From a virus (lineage: Duplodnaviria; Heunggongvirae; Uroviricota; Caudoviricetes), in the IMG/VR virus record IMGVR_UViG_2663762886_000011: a stretch of DNA of 57,853 nucleotides; one strand, 5' to 3'. Position 1 is the stretch's first letter, and each line of letters begins with the position of its first letter. The translations under genes were made by a program, and so were the position numbers. The notes beneath the pieces were generated by a model. It had not been told where the DNA came from. It ran no database searches and saw only the letters and a program-made list of their open reading frames with translations. Shown one piece after another: positions 19,408 through 30,066 of this stretch.

Positions 19408-19623
19408 ATGAAATCCATGGACAAAATTTCAACAGGCATTGCCTACGGCACCTCCGCAGGCAGTGCTGGCTACTGGTTTTTACAGTTGCTCGATAGAGTA
19501 ACTCCGTCACAGTGGGCTGCAATCGGTGTGCTGGGTAGTCTGGTATTTGGCCTGCTGACGTACCTGACAAACCTTTATTTCAAGATTAAAGAAGATAAGC
19601 GCAAGGCTGCGAGAGGTGAATAA
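19408..19623 (+). CDS. Holin, 71 aa
   Basis: [25 protein letters not shown]... with transmembrane segments and charged C-terminus; first gene of the lysis cassette. Confidence 0.8.
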   Translation: MKSMDKISTGIAYGTSAGSAGYWFLQLLDRVTPSQWAAIGVLGSLVFGLLTYLTNLYFKIKEDKRKAARGE

Positions 19624-20120
19624 TGCCTCCATCATTACGAAAAGTCGTTGCTGCTGCTATTGGTGGCGGAGCAATTGCTATAGCATCAGTGTTAATCACT
19701 GGCCCAAGTGGTAACGATGGTCTGGAAGGTGTCAGCTACATACTATACAAAGATATTGTTGGTGTATGGACTGTATGTCACGGGCATACAGGAAAAGACA
19801 TCATGCTCGGTAAAACGTATACCAAAGCAGAATGCAAAACACTCTTGAATAAAGACCTTGCCACTGTCGCCAGACAAATTAACCCGTACATCAAAGTCGA
19901 TATACCGGAAACAACGCGCTGCGCTCTTTACTCGTTCGTTTACAACGTGGGCGCTGGCAATTTCAGAACATCGACGCTTCTTCGCAAAATAAACCAGGGT
20001 GATATCAAAGGCGCATGTGACCAGCTACGTCGCTGGACATATGCTGGCGGTAAGCAATGGAAAGGTCTCATGACTCGTCGTGAGATTGAGCGTGAAATCT
20101 GTTTGTGGGGTCAGCAATGA
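19623..20120 (+). CDS. Endolysin (phage lysozyme), 165 aa
   Basis: Lysozyme-like sequence; ATGA overlap with holin stop. Confidence 0.85.
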   Translation: MPPSLRKVVAAAIGGGAIAIASVLITGPSGNDGLEGVSYILYKDIVGVWTVCHGHTGKDIMLGKTYTKAECKTLLNKDLATVARQINPYIKVDIPETTRCALYSFVYNVGAGNFRTSTLLRKINQGDIKGACDQLRRWTYAGGKQWKGLMTRREIEREICLWGQQ

Positions 20121-20581
20121 ACAGAGTAACCGCGATTATCTCCGCTCTGGTTATCTGCATCATCGTCTGCCTGTCATGGGCTGTTAATCATTACCGTGAT
20201 AACGCCATTACCTACAAAGCCCAGCGCGACAAAAATGCCAGAGAACTGAAGCTGGCGAACGCGGCAATTACTGACATGCAGATGCGTCAGCGTGATGTTG
20301 CTGCGCTCGATGCAAAATACACGAAGGAGTTAGCTGATGCGAAAGCTGAAAATGATGCTCTGCGTGATGATGTTGCCGCTGGTCGTCGTCGGTTGCACAT
20401 CAAAGCAGTCTGTCAGTCAGTGCGTGAAGCCACCACCGCCTCCGGCGTGGATAATGCAACCAGCCCCCGACTGGCAGACACCGCTGAACGGGATTATTTC
20501 ACCCTCCGGGAACGACTGGTAATGATGCAGGCCCAACTTGAAGGTGCTCAGCAATACATAACCGAGCAGTGTTTAAAGTAA
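20117..20581 (+). CDS. rzpR: Spanin inner-membrane subunit Rz
   Basis: N-terminal TM segment, coiled-coil rest; follows endolysin with ATGA overlap. Confidence 0.8.
   Translation: MNRVTAIISALVICIIVCLSWAVNHYRDNAITYKAQRDKNARELKLANAAITDMQMRQRDVAALDAKYTKELADAKAENDALRDDVAAGRRRLHIKAVCQSVREATTASGVDNATSPRLADTAERDYFTLRERLVMMQAQLEGAQQYITEQCLK
20337..20522 (+). CDS. rzoR: Spanin outer-membrane lipoprotein Rz1, embedded in Rz
   Basis: 61-aa ORF in +1 frame inside Rz; lipobox VVGC; Pro-rich. Confidence 0.75.
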   Translation: MRKLKMMLCVMMLPLVVVGCTSKQSVSQCVKPPPPPAWIMQPAPDWQTPLNGIISPSGNDW

Positions 20582-20718
20582 AATCTTAACTACAATATGA
20601 TTCATTTTGATGATTGTTTCATAAGGAACAGTGAAGTAAGATCTAAGAGGAGTTAAATTTTATACAGTATAATCATAATATTGCAGCAAGGTGGTTATAA
20701 TTGAAAGAATATTTAGAT

Positions 20719-22176
20719 ATGAATACATCTCATGTAAGAGTTGTTACTCATATGTGTGGGTTCCTGGTTTGGCTCTATAGTCTTTCAATGTTGCCACCAA
20801 TGGTTGTAGCATTGTTTTATAAAGAAAAAAGCCTGTTCGTTTTCTTTATAACTTTCGTTATATTTTTTTGCATTGGTGGCGGAGCGTGGTATACAACTAA
20901 GAAATCTGGCATTCAATTACGTACCCGTGATGGGTTTATTATAATTGTAATGTTTTGGATTTTGTTTTCTGTTATTAGTGCATTCCCTTTATGGATTGAC
21001 TCAGAACTTAATTTAACGTTCATTGATGCTCTGTTTGAAGGGGTTTCTGGAATAACAACAACAGGAGCAACTGTAATTGATGATGTTAGTTCATTACCTC
21101 GGGCATATTTGTACTATCGGTCACAGTTAAATTTTATAGGTGGTTTAGGAGTTATTGTTCTGGCGGTTGCAGTATTGCCATTATTGGGTATTGGTGGTGC
21201 AAAGCTTTATCAGTCAGAAATGCCGGGGCCATTTAAGGATGACAAACTCACTCCCCGCCTGGCCGATACGTCACGGACACTGTGGATAACTTATTCTTTA
21301 TTAGGTATTGCTTGTATTGTCTGTTATAGACTTGCAGGAATGCCTTTGTTTGATGCTATTTGTCACGGGATTTCCACAGTTTCGCTTGGTGGTTTCTCAA
21401 CTCATAGCGAGAGTATCGGATATTTTAATAACTATTTGGTTGAGCTGGTGGCTGGTTCTTTTTCCCTGCTATCGGCTTTCAACTTCACTCTTTGGTATAT
21501 TGTTATTAGCAGAAAAACGATAAAACCTTTAATCAGAGATATTGAACTTCGTTTCTTTCTGTTAATAGCCTTAGGGGTGATCATTGTTACCTCTTTCCAG
21601 GTCTGGCATATAGGTATGTATGACTTGCATGGAAGTTTTATTCATTCGTTTTTTCTTGCCAGCTCCATGCTCACTGATAATGGTTTAGCTACGCAGGATT
21701 ATGCAAACTGGCCCACGCACACGATAGTGTTTTTGCTGTTGTCAAGTTTCTTTGGGGGATGTATAGGTTCAACCTGTGGTGGAATTAAGTCACTTCGATT
21801 TCTTATACTTTTCAAACAAAGCAAACACGAGATAAATCAGCTTTCTCATCCCAGAGCGTTGTTGAGTGTAAATGTAGGAGGGAAGATAGTTACAGATCGT
21901 GTAATGAGGTCTGTATGGAGTTTCTTTTTTCTTTATACTCTCTTCACGGTGTTTTTTATACTGGTGTTAAATGGTATGGGATATGATTTTCTTACATCAT
22001 TTGCAACAGTGGCTGCATGTATTAATAATATGGGATTAGGTTTTGGGGCTACTGCATCGTCATTCGGAGTGCTTAATGACATTGCAAAATATTTAATGTG
22101 CATAGCTATGATTCTTGGTCGCCTTGAAATTTATCCTGTTATTATATTGTTTTCAGGTTTTTTTTGGCGCTCCTAA
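20719..22176 (+). CDS. trkG: Potassium uptake protein TrkG, 485 aa
   Basis: Polytopic membrane protein sequence matching TrkG; AT-rich codon usage; same position after rzoR as in Rac. Confidence 0.9.
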   Translation: MNTSHVRVVTHMCGFLVWLYSLSMLPPMVVALFYKEKSLFVFFITFVIFFCIGGGAWYTTKKSGIQLRTRDGFIIIVMFWILFSVISAFPLWIDSELNLTFIDALFEGVSGITTTGATVIDDVSSLPRAYLYYRSQLNFIGGLGVIVLAVAVLPLLGIGGAKLYQSEMPGPFKDDKLTPRLADTSRTLWITYSLLGIACIVCYRLAGMPLFDAICHGISTVSLGGFSTHSESIGYFNNYLVELVAGSFSLLSAFNFTLWYIVISRKTIKPLIRDIELRFFLLIALGVIIVTSFQVWHIGMYDLHGSFIHSFFLASSMLTDNGLATQDYANWPTHTIVFLLLSSFFGGCIGSTCGGIKSLRFLILFKQSKHEINQLSHPRALLSVNVGGKIVTDRVMRSVWSFFFLYTLFTVFFILVLNGMGYDFLTSFATVAACINNMGLGFGATASSFGVLNDIAKYLMCIAMILGRLEIYPVIILFSGFFWRS

Positions 22177-22313
22177 TATATGGCTGATTTATAATTGTGA
22201 GTTTAATATTATGTTGACTCACTCATTGATCCAATACCTAACTTTACCAGCAACACCTCCGCCCCCAGTAGCACTGGCTGCTGGGGTGCGTTTTATTCAT
22301 AAAGCAAGGCTGT

Positions 22314-23102
22314 ATGAGCGAGAAATTAAAGATAGTCTATCGCCCATTACAAGAATTGTCACCGTATGCGCACAACGCCAGGACGCACAGTACTGAGCAG
22401 GTGGCACAACTGGTAGAAAGTATTAAGCAATTCGGCTGGACTAATCCGGTGCTGATTGACGAAAAGGGCGAAATTATTGCGGGTCACGGTCGTGTTATGG
22501 CGGCTGAAATGCTCAAAATGGATTCTGTTCCGGTCATTGTTCTGTCTGGCCTGACGGATGAGCAGAAAAAGGCGTACCGCCTGGCAGATAATCGCCTGCC
22601 GATGAATGCTGGCTGGGATGAAGATCTGTTGCGGATGGAGCTGTCGGACCTAATCAATGCTGATTTTGATGTCTCCCTGACAGGCTTCATCCCGGCAGAA
22701 ATTGATGAACTGTTGACGGATGTTTTGCCCGGTACAGGAAATGAGGAGGAGCCGTATACGACGAAAATTGATACGCCTGTTTATGAGCCGTCAGGCGGTA
22801 AACCGGATATCAGTGAACTGTACGACGATACGAAAACTCAGGAGCTGATCAGCCGGATACGTTCGGCGTCCCTTGATCCTGATATTGAGAAATTCCTCCT
22901 GTGTGCAGCAGAACGTCACACGGTGTTTAATTTCAGCAGAATTGCGGACTATTACGCTCATGCCCCCGCTGAAATTCAGTGCCTTTTCGAGGAGTCGGCG
23001 CTGGTGATCATTGATTATCAGCAGGCTATTGAAAATGGATTTGTCCGAATGACGCAGCGCATGGTGGAGATCATGCATGGCGGGGAGGAGGAATATGCGT
23101 GA
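22314..23102 (+). CDS. ynaK: ParB-like nuclease domain protein, 262 aa
   Basis: N-terminal ParB/Srx-like motif (GHGRVMAA); position upstream of terminase. Confidence 0.7.
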   Translation: MSEKLKIVYRPLQELSPYAHNARTHSTEQVAQLVESIKQFGWTNPVLIDEKGEIIAGHGRVMAAEMLKMDSVPVIVLSGLTDEQKKAYRLADNRLPMNAGWDEDLLRMELSDLINADFDVSLTGFIPAEIDELLTDVLPGTGNEEEPYTTKIDTPVYEPSGGKPDISELYDDTKTQELISRIRSASLDPDIEKFLLCAAERHTVFNFSRIADYYAHAPAEIQCLFEESALVIIDYQQAIENGFVRMTQRMVEIMHGGEEEYA

Positions 23103-24027
23103 TGATTTTTGCGCCTTTATTCTGACTCACGGGCGACCGGACAAAGTTCTGACTTACCGGACGTTGCGTCGTGCTGGCTATACCGGGAAAATTTTTATCG
23201 TTGTTGATGATGAAGATAAGACACGGCATCAGTACATGGCTGAATTTGGTGAACAGGTGCTGGTATTTTCCAAAGCCGATATTGCTAGTCGTTTTGACGA
23301 AGCCGATAATTTTAGTGACCGCCGCTCAATTTTTTACGCCCGTAATGCCTGTTTCGACCAGGCAAAACTGGTCGGGTGTAAATACTTCATTCAGCTCGAT
23401 GATGATTATCACGAGTTCCAGTTTCGGGTGGATCGCAACTATGACCAGGCCTATTTCCCGATAAGGAAACTGGATGAGATCCTTTCTGAAATGCTTGCGT
23501 ACTACGAATCAATACCTGCTCTTTCCATCGCTATGTCGCAGGGCGGGGATTTTCTTGGTGACAATGGCGGCCATGCTTCGTGGGTGAAACGCAAGGCAAT
23601 GAACAGCTTTATCTGTTCGGTTGATCGACCGTTCTCATTCATGGGGCGCATTAACGAGGATGTGAATACGTACACGAATCTCGGTCGCTGTGGTGAATTG
23701 TTTATGACGATCGGTGCTGTCCAGTTAGGGCAGAAACAGACGCAGAAAAACAGCGGCGGAATGACCGAGCTGTATCTGGATTCCGGAACCTACGTTAAAA
23801 GTTTTTACTCCGTCATGTATGCGCCGTCGTGCGTAAAAATCTCACTTATGGGTGCCAGTCATAAACGCATTCACCATCAGGTCACCTGGAACAACGCTGC
23901 AGTAAAAATCCTTCACGAAAAATACAGGAAGAAGACACCCTGCATATCAATGGGGGTGACAAATGATTCCGTATTCGAAAGTCGAGTCTCTGGCAGCGTG
24001 CCGGATGACTGCACAACAAATCGCTGA
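23095..24027 (+). CDS. Hypothetical protein with acidic DDD cluster, about 310 aa
   Basis: SD GGAGGAGG before ATG 23095, overlapping ParB-like stop; contains IVVDDEDK and IQLDDDYHEF. Confidence 0.5.
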   Translation: MRDDFCAFILTHGRPDKVLTYRTLRRAGYTGKIFIVVDDEDKTRHQYMAEFGEQVLVFSKADIASRFDEADNFSDRRSIFYARNACFDQAKLVGCKYFIQLDDDYHEFQFRVDRNYDQAYFPIRKLDEILSEMLAYYESIPALSIAMSQGGDFLGDNGGHASWVKRKAMNSFICSVDRPFSFMGRINEDVNTYTNLGRCGELFMTIGAVQLGQKQTQKNSGGMTELYLDSGTYVKSFYSVMYAPSCVKISLMGASHKRIHHQVTWNNAAVKILHEKYRKKTPCISMGVTNDSVFESRVSGSVPDDCTTNR

Positions 24028-24214
24028 CGTTCTGGATGTTGATCTGAACCGACTGAAAGAAAATCGGGAAGCAATGACAGATTTTTATGCGGCCATCCGT
24101 AAGGGCAGAGCGAAAGGTGAAGCCGAGTTACGAGCGGCATTGTTTAAGCTTGCCAGAAAAGGGGATGCCTTTGCTCTGCGCGAACTACTCAGGGTGGATA
24201 AAAATCAGGACTAA
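24005..24214 (+). CDS. Small HTH-like protein
   Basis: Track ORF 23963-24214; MTAQQIADVLDVDLNRL... helix-turn-helix-like; overlaps 3' end of upstream gene. Confidence 0.35.
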   Translation: MTAQQIADVLDVDLNRLKENREAMTDFYAAIRKGRAKGEAELRAALFKLARKGDAFALRELLRVDKNQD

Positions 24215-24217
24215 CTG

Positions 24218-25312
24218 ATGAGCAGACCGGACTGGGGGGCGTTGCAGCAGGAGTATATTGCTGAATACACCCGCTCCGGTATATCTCCGGTGGCATGGTG
24301 TGAAGCAAGGGGACTGAATTACGCAACAGCCCGTCGTTACATCAAAAAAACTCCGAAAAATGCGCAGACAGAAATGTGCAAAACTGCGCAAAAAAGTGCG
24401 CAGAAAAAATCTGCGCAGACTGCACAAAAGCGGAACGAAAAATCTCAGGAAAAAAAGCCAGTATTCGATGCGGGCCTGAATGAGGGCGACGCGGAGGAAT
24501 TTTCGTTCTGTCCCGATGAATTCGGCATTTCTGACCAGCAGGCTAAGTTTGCGATGCTTGTTGCTCAGGGTAAAAAGCCGACAGAGGCGTACCGACTAGC
24601 CGGTTATGAGGGGCAAGGTGCGACAGCTAACAGCAACGCCAGTCGTATGCTTAGAAATGCCAGGGTTTTTCGCGCTATCAGCTACTTCCGCAATCAGTAC
24701 CAGAAACGCTATACCGCAGACCTGGATTTACTAGTGAGTCAGTTGATGGCTATTGTCCTGGCCGACCCCAATCAGCTTGCACAATTTCGCCGTGTTAACT
24801 GCCGTTATTGCTGGGGCGAGAATCATCTCTACCAGTGGCGCGATATAGCAGAATTCGACAAGGCAGCGGCGCAGGCTTCCAGAGATGGCAAACCCGAACC
24901 GGAATATGGAGGCCTCGGCTTTGTTGATAACGCCATACCCAATCCGGACTGCCCGAAGTGCTGCGGTGAGGGAACGGGACAGCTTTATATGGCTGATACC
25001 ACTCTGCTTGATGGGGATGCGCGGCAATTATATGCAGGGGCAAAATTCGGAAAATTCGGCGTTGAGATCCTGCTGGAGGATAAGGCTGCCGCCCGGCGTG
25101 AATTGTTGCGTTTGTTTTCTGCTGGCGGGGCTTTATGTGCAGATAAGCGGCTACGGGAACTGGAAATTGAACGGCGCAGAATGGAAAACCAGAAGCTGCG
25201 CAAAGAGATCGAAACGGTGGAAGATAATGAACATCCCCAGCCTGTGGCGATCAATATTAATGTGGTTGATGCCAGAGTAAGGAGTGATGAAGATGATCTC
25301 TCCGACGCTTAA
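24218..25312 (+). CDS. Terminase small subunit
   Basis: N-terminal HTH and segment FAMLVAQGKKPTEAYRLAGY typical of TerS; precedes TerL. Confidence 0.7.
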   Translation: MSRPDWGALQQEYIAEYTRSGISPVAWCEARGLNYATARRYIKKTPKNAQTEMCKTAQKSAQKKSAQTAQKRNEKSQEKKPVFDAGLNEGDAEEFSFCPDEFGISDQQAKFAMLVAQGKKPTEAYRLAGYEGQGATANSNASRMLRNARVFRAISYFRNQYQKRYTADLDLLVSQLMAIVLADPNQLAQFRRVNCRYCWGENHLYQWRDIAEFDKAAAQASRDGKPEPEYGGLGFVDNAIPNPDCPKCCGEGTGQLYMADTTLLDGDARQLYAGAKFGKFGVEILLEDKAAARRELLRLFSAGGALCADKRLRELEIERRRMENQKLRKEIETVEDNEHPQPVAININVVDARVRSDEDDLSDA

Positions 25313-26594
25313 TGTGCCTCAGGCGCGATTTCTTTCAATGCCCCATAAATTTAAAGCCTATATTGCTGGTTTTGGCTCGGGCAAAACATGGGTTGGGTGT
25401 GGCGGCATATGCAAGGGGATTTGGGAGCATCCAGGTATAAATCAGGGATATTTTGCGCCAACGTATCCCCAAATTCGCGATATTTTTTACCCTACAGTGG
25501 AAGAAGTTGCTGCTGACTGGGGATTGAACGTAAAAATTAATGAGGGAAATAAAGAGGTTCACTTTTATTACGGACGCCAGTATCGGGGAACCACTATCTG
25601 CAGATCGATGGAGAAGCCACAAACGATCGTCGGTTTCAAAATTGGTAATGCGTTGGTGGATGAACTGGACATTTTGCCGAAGGAAAAAGCCAGAACGGCG
25701 TGGCGCAAGATAATTGCACGTATGCGTTATAAGATTGATGGACTTCGCAACGGTATTGACGTTACAACCACGCCGGAAGGATTCAAATTTGTCTACGAGC
25801 AGTTTGTTAAAGCCGTGCGTGAAAAAACAGAGCTGGCCTCACTGTATGGTCTGGTGCAGGCATCTACTTTCGATAATGAAAAGAACCTGCCAGCAGATTA
25901 CATTCCTTCGCTTCTTGAATCATACCCTCCAGAGCTGATTAAAGCCTATCTTCGAGGACAGTTTACTAACCTGACAAGTGGTACTGTTTACCATCAGTTT
26001 GACCGGAAACTGAATAATTGCGAAGAAGTGGAGCAGCCAGGGGAGCCGATTTATATTGGGATGGATTTTAACGTTGGAAAGATGGCGGGAATCGTCCATG
26101 TGCTGCGTTTGGGGCTTCCATGTGCGGTAACTGAAATCATCAATGCCTACGATACGCCGGATATGATCCGCATCATTAAAGAACGCTTCTGGCTGTATGA
26201 TGGGAATGATTACCGGAAAGTGAGGGAAATTTATATTTATCCAGATGCTTCCGGGGATTCCAGAAAATCAAGTAACGCAAGTACGACGGATATAGCCCAG
26301 CTTAAGCAGGCTGGTTTTAACGTTGTGGTGAACAGCTCGAACCCGCCAGTAAAAGATCGCGTTAACTCAATGAATGCAATGTTCTGCAATGCCAATGGTG
26401 AGCGTCGCTATAAAGTTAATGTGAAGCGTTGCCCGTTATATGCCGAATCTCTGGAGCAACAGGTCTGGGATGAGAAGGGGGAGCCTGATAAAAAATCTGG
26501 CAATGATCACCCGAATGATGCCGGAGGTTATTTCATCGTTAAGCAATTCCCTATTGTCAAACCGACCGGAAGAGTCACATCACTTCGGATTTAA
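25284..26594 (+). CDS. Terminase large subunit
   Basis: Walker A GFGSGKT near N-terminus; between TerS and portal. Confidence 0.8.
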   Translation: MMKMISPTLNVPQARFLSMPHKFKAYIAGFGSGKTWVGCGGICKGIWEHPGINQGYFAPTYPQIRDIFYPTVEEVAADWGLNVKINEGNKEVHFYYGRQYRGTTICRSMEKPQTIVGFKIGNALVDELDILPKEKARTAWRKIIARMRYKIDGLRNGIDVTTTPEGFKFVYEQFVKAVREKTELASLYGLVQASTFDNEKNLPADYIPSLLESYPPELIKAYLRGQFTNLTSGTVYHQFDRKLNNCEEVEQPGEPIYIGMDFNVGKMAGIVHVLRLGLPCAVTEIINAYDTPDMIRIIKERFWLYDGNDYRKVREIYIYPDASGDSRKSSNASTTDIAQLKQAGFNVVVNSSNPPVKDRVNSMNAMFCNANGERRYKVNVKRCPLYAESLEQQVWDEKGEPDKKSGNDHPNDAGGYFIVKQFPIVKPTGRVTSLRI

Positions 26595-26596
26595 TT

Positions 26597-28003
26597 ATGG
26601 CTGATATATCAACACCCAACCTCGACTATAACGATATGCTGGAGGCGTGGGATATTAACGACGCACTGATGGGCGGTACGCTTGAAATGCGCAGGCAGGG
26701 GGAAAATTATCTCCCAAAATGGCCTAACGAAGATGAAGACGCTTATAAAAAACGCCTGTCTGTGGCTACGCTACTTCCTGTGTATGAAGAAAGCATCAAG
26801 CAAAATATTGGGCGCATATTTGCAGAGCCGACAGTATTGAGTGAGGAAACGCCGGCAAAAATCAGGGAATATGCAGAAAATATCGACATGGAGGGGAGCC
26901 GACTGGATGTGTGGGCGCAGCAATTTTTCAGCCTCGCATTTCAGTATGGTGTGGCACATGCGCTGGTGGACTATCCACGAACGGATATGAAAGAGATTCG
27001 GACAAAAGCCGATGAAAACGCGACCGGTGGTCGTCCGTACGTTACGATGCTGAATCCACGCCAGGTTATTGGATGGAAATCGAAAGTTGAAAAAGGGAAA
27101 GTTGTTCTCACTGATTTGCGTATAAAAGAGGTCATCATTATTGATGGTGATGATTTCGGGCAGAAGAAGGTGGAGCAGATCCGCCATATTATGCCCCGTC
27201 GAGTTGAAATTTATCGACGTAGCGAAGGCACTAATGGCGAATCTGTCTGGACGCTTCATGAGTCATGGAATACCAGCCGTGATGATATTCCTCTGGTAAC
27301 ACTGTACACGAAGAAAACAGGATTTATGCGTGGTACACCGCCATTGCTTAATCTTGGCTTGCTGAATATCAAGCACTGGCAAAGCCAGAGCGAGCAGGAC
27401 AATATTCTTCATGTTGCCCGCGTTCCATTGCTGGTGGCCTACGGGCTGGACAGGAATGAAGAACTGACGGTTGGTGCATCCACCGCTACGATTTTTGAGG
27501 ACAGAACAAAAAATGGCCTCGAATATGTTGAACATAGTGGCGCAGCGATAGAATCTGGCGAAACATCACTTGAGAAGCTGGAAAATCAGATGCGTCATGC
27601 CGGCGCTAAACTTCTGCGTGCTGAAAATACATCCACCAAATCTGTTGATCAGACTAATGAAGAGCGAATGCAGGAAAACTCGCCGCTTTATACAATGGCG
27701 AACTCCCTCGAAGATGCCCTCGATAATATTCTCCAGATAATGGCGGAATGGATCGGAGAGAGTTGCGGTGGCAATGTGGATGTGCGCACTGAACTGGATG
27801 TATCTGCCCAGGTGTTTGACTCATCCTCCGCGCTGGCTGTTCAGTCATTGCGTCAGGGCGGTGATATACGTCAGATTGATGCGGTTCGGGTGTTGCAGGC
27901 GTTGAAATTTATCGATCAGGATTCCCGTCCAGAGGAAGTGATCGATGAATTAAAAAATCAGAGTGTAATGCTGATGGAAATCAATGATGCAAACCGTGAA
28001 TGA
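26597..28003 (+). CDS. Portal protein
   Basis: Size and position immediately after TerL. Confidence 0.7.
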   Translation: MADISTPNLDYNDMLEAWDINDALMGGTLEMRRQGENYLPKWPNEDEDAYKKRLSVATLLPVYEESIKQNIGRIFAEPTVLSEETPAKIREYAENIDMEGSRLDVWAQQFFSLAFQYGVAHALVDYPRTDMKEIRTKADENATGGRPYVTMLNPRQVIGWKSKVEKGKVVLTDLRIKEVIIIDGDDFGQKKVEQIRHIMPRRVEIYRRSEGTNGESVWTLHESWNTSRDDIPLVTLYTKKTGFMRGTPPLLNLGLLNIKHWQSQSEQDNILHVARVPLLVAYGLDRNEELTVGASTATIFEDRTKNGLEYVEHSGAAIESGETSLEKLENQMRHAGAKLLRAENTSTKSVDQTNEERMQENSPLYTMANSLEDALDNILQIMAEWIGESCGGNVDVRTELDVSAQVFDSSSALAVQSLRQGGDIRQIDAVRVLQALKFIDQDSRPEEVIDELKNQSVMLMEINDANRE

Positions 28004-29099
28004 ACGGCTGCGTGATGAATCAATTGCTCATGCAGTCTGGATATCCCGCTATAGCACTGGCGTGGCTGCCAGAATGGTGAAAATACTGAATGACAGCGAT
28101 GCGGAACTTACTGCTCGCCTGCTGATAGCACTGGACAGCCTCGATCCAGGTAGTTTTACCGTTAAGCGCCTGGAGTCACTTCTGGCGAGCGTCAGAGAGG
28201 TTAACCGCACTGCTATTAACAGCATGTTTACCAGTCTCTCCGGAGAGCTGAACGAGCTGGCAATTTATGAGGCTGGTTATCAGTTAAGTCTGTTTGATTC
28301 TATGCTACCTGATTTTGTTGCTGATGTTCACCCTCTGGTTGGTATCTCTCCTGATGCACTTTATGCCGCTGCAATGGCGCGACCATTCCAGGGACGACTG
28401 CTCAGTGAGTGGGCCTCAGATCTTGAGGCGGATCGGCTCAGACGCATAACAAATACAGTGCGTCAGGGTTTTTTGCTGGGGGATACCAATGAGCAGATCG
28501 CAAGAAAAATTCGGGGACATGTCAGTAAGGGATTTCAGGATGGTGCATTGCAGATGAGCCGGGCTAATGCGGCCAGCATTGCAAAAACAGCGGTTGGACA
28601 TCTTGCTGCTACTGCCCGTGAGAGTTTTGCCAGCGCGAATAATGATTTGATTAAGGGTAAGCAATGGTTATCAACGCTTGATAATCGTACTACGCCACAA
28701 TGTCGAATCAGGGATCGCCTCAAATATACGCTGAATAATAAACCTGTAGGTCACAGCGTGCCTTATTTGCAGGGGCCGGGAAAAATTCATTTCTGCTGCC
28801 GCTCAACGGAAACGTTCATTCTGAAATCAGCGAAGGAACTGGGTATTGATGTTCGCGATATTTCCCCGGCTGAGCGGGCCAGCATGGATGGCGTGGTGGC
28901 CGGAGATACAACCTACAGGGAATGGTTTTTGCGTCAGCCTTACACCAGACAAAAACAGATTGTGGGGGAAAGCCGAGCAAAGCTGATTCGGGATGGTGGT
29001 ATGTCGCCAGATGAATTTTACACCGATAAAGGCGAATGGCTGACGCTGAAGCAGCTCCGTGAGCGTGATGCACAGGTATTCAGAAAAGCAGGGATTTAA
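27984..29099 (+). CDS. Head morphogenesis protein (SPP1 gp7 / Mu F-like)
   Basis: Position after portal; overlapping start. Confidence 0.6.
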   Translation: MMQTVNERLRDESIAHAVWISRYSTGVAARMVKILNDSDAELTARLLIALDSLDPGSFTVKRLESLLASVREVNRTAINSMFTSLSGELNELAIYEAGYQLSLFDSMLPDFVADVHPLVGISPDALYAAAMARPFQGRLLSEWASDLEADRLRRITNTVRQGFLLGDTNEQIARKIRGHVSKGFQDGALQMSRANAASIAKTAVGHLAATARESFASANNDLIKGKQWLSTLDNRTTPQCRIRDRLKYTLNNKPVGHSVPYLQGPGKIHFCCRSTETFILKSAKELGIDVRDISPAERASMDGVVAGDTTYREWFLRQPYTRQKQIVGESRAKLIRDGGMSPDEFYTDKGEWLTLKQLRERDAQVFRKAGI

Positions 29100-29203
29100 A
29101 TAAATCATTTATTACAACAGGCTACCTTCGGGTGGCCTTTTTTATTGCTGCGATCCGGATGGTGAGCAGCGTAACTGTCGGAAGACTTAAACCAGGTACT
29201 AAT

Positions 29204-29968
29204 ATGAAACTGAAAACGGTCGAGATTAACGGAAAACAATACGCAGAAATTGATACTGCTGGCCTGCCAGTTTATGTGCACGACGATGGTAAAGAAATTG
29301 GCTTCGATGCACCGCTGGCGACAAAAAAAATTACAGAGCTTAATGGCGAGGCAAAAAATCATCGCCTGGCTAAAGAAGCTGCAGAGGAAAAACTGGCTAA
29401 GTTTGCCGCTATCGAAGACCCGAAGAAGGCGATCGAGGCACTGGAAATGCTGTCAAAAATCGACCAGAAAAAGCTGCTCGATGCGGGACAGGTTGACCAG
29501 GTTAAGGCAGAAATTACGAAAAATTTTCAGCAGCAATTAGATGAAGAAAAGCAACGCTCTCAGATGCTGGAGAAGCAGCTTTACGATTCTATGATTGGCG
29601 GTAGTTTTGCGGGTTCAAAATATATTGCCGATAAAATTGCGATCCCGGCAGATTTATTACAAGCCCGCTTCGGGCAGGCATTCAAAGTGGAAGAAGGGAG
29701 GATCGTTGCTTATGACGCTTCCGGCAACAAAATTTATTCCCGCGCGAAGCCTGGCGAACTGGCGCAGTTTGATGAGGCGCTGGAGTTCCTTGTCGAAAAT
29801 TACCCTCAGAAAGACTACATCCTGAAAGCCAGTGGCAACAATGGCGGCGGCTCCCGTCCGACACAGCATGATATTGGTCAGAAAACGATGAAACGCTCTG
29901 CTTTTGATGCACTGGATGTTGCAGGTAAGCAAAACGCATTGAAAGACGGTATCACAATCGTTGATTAA
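29204..29968 (+). CDS. Scaffolding protein
   Basis: Helical, charged, Ala/Lys/Glu-rich protein between morphogenesis and capsid genes. Confidence 0.55.
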   Translation: MKLKTVEINGKQYAEIDTAGLPVYVHDDGKEIGFDAPLATKKITELNGEAKNHRLAKEAAEEKLAKFAAIEDPKKAIEALEMLSKIDQKKLLDAGQVDQVKAEITKNFQQQLDEEKQRSQMLEKQLYDSMIGGSFAGSKYIADKIAIPADLLQARFGQAFKVEEGRIVAYDASGNKIYSRAKPGELAQFDEALEFLVENYPQKDYILKASGNNGGGSRPTQHDIGQKTMKRSAFDALDVAGKQNALKDGITIVD

Positions 29969-30066
29969 CACATTTGTCAGCTTCCGGATGGGAGCTGGTG
30001 TCAGGGCTGGATAGCTCATTACTCCATCTATTCACAATTACGCAAATTTTTAAGGAATATTTAATT

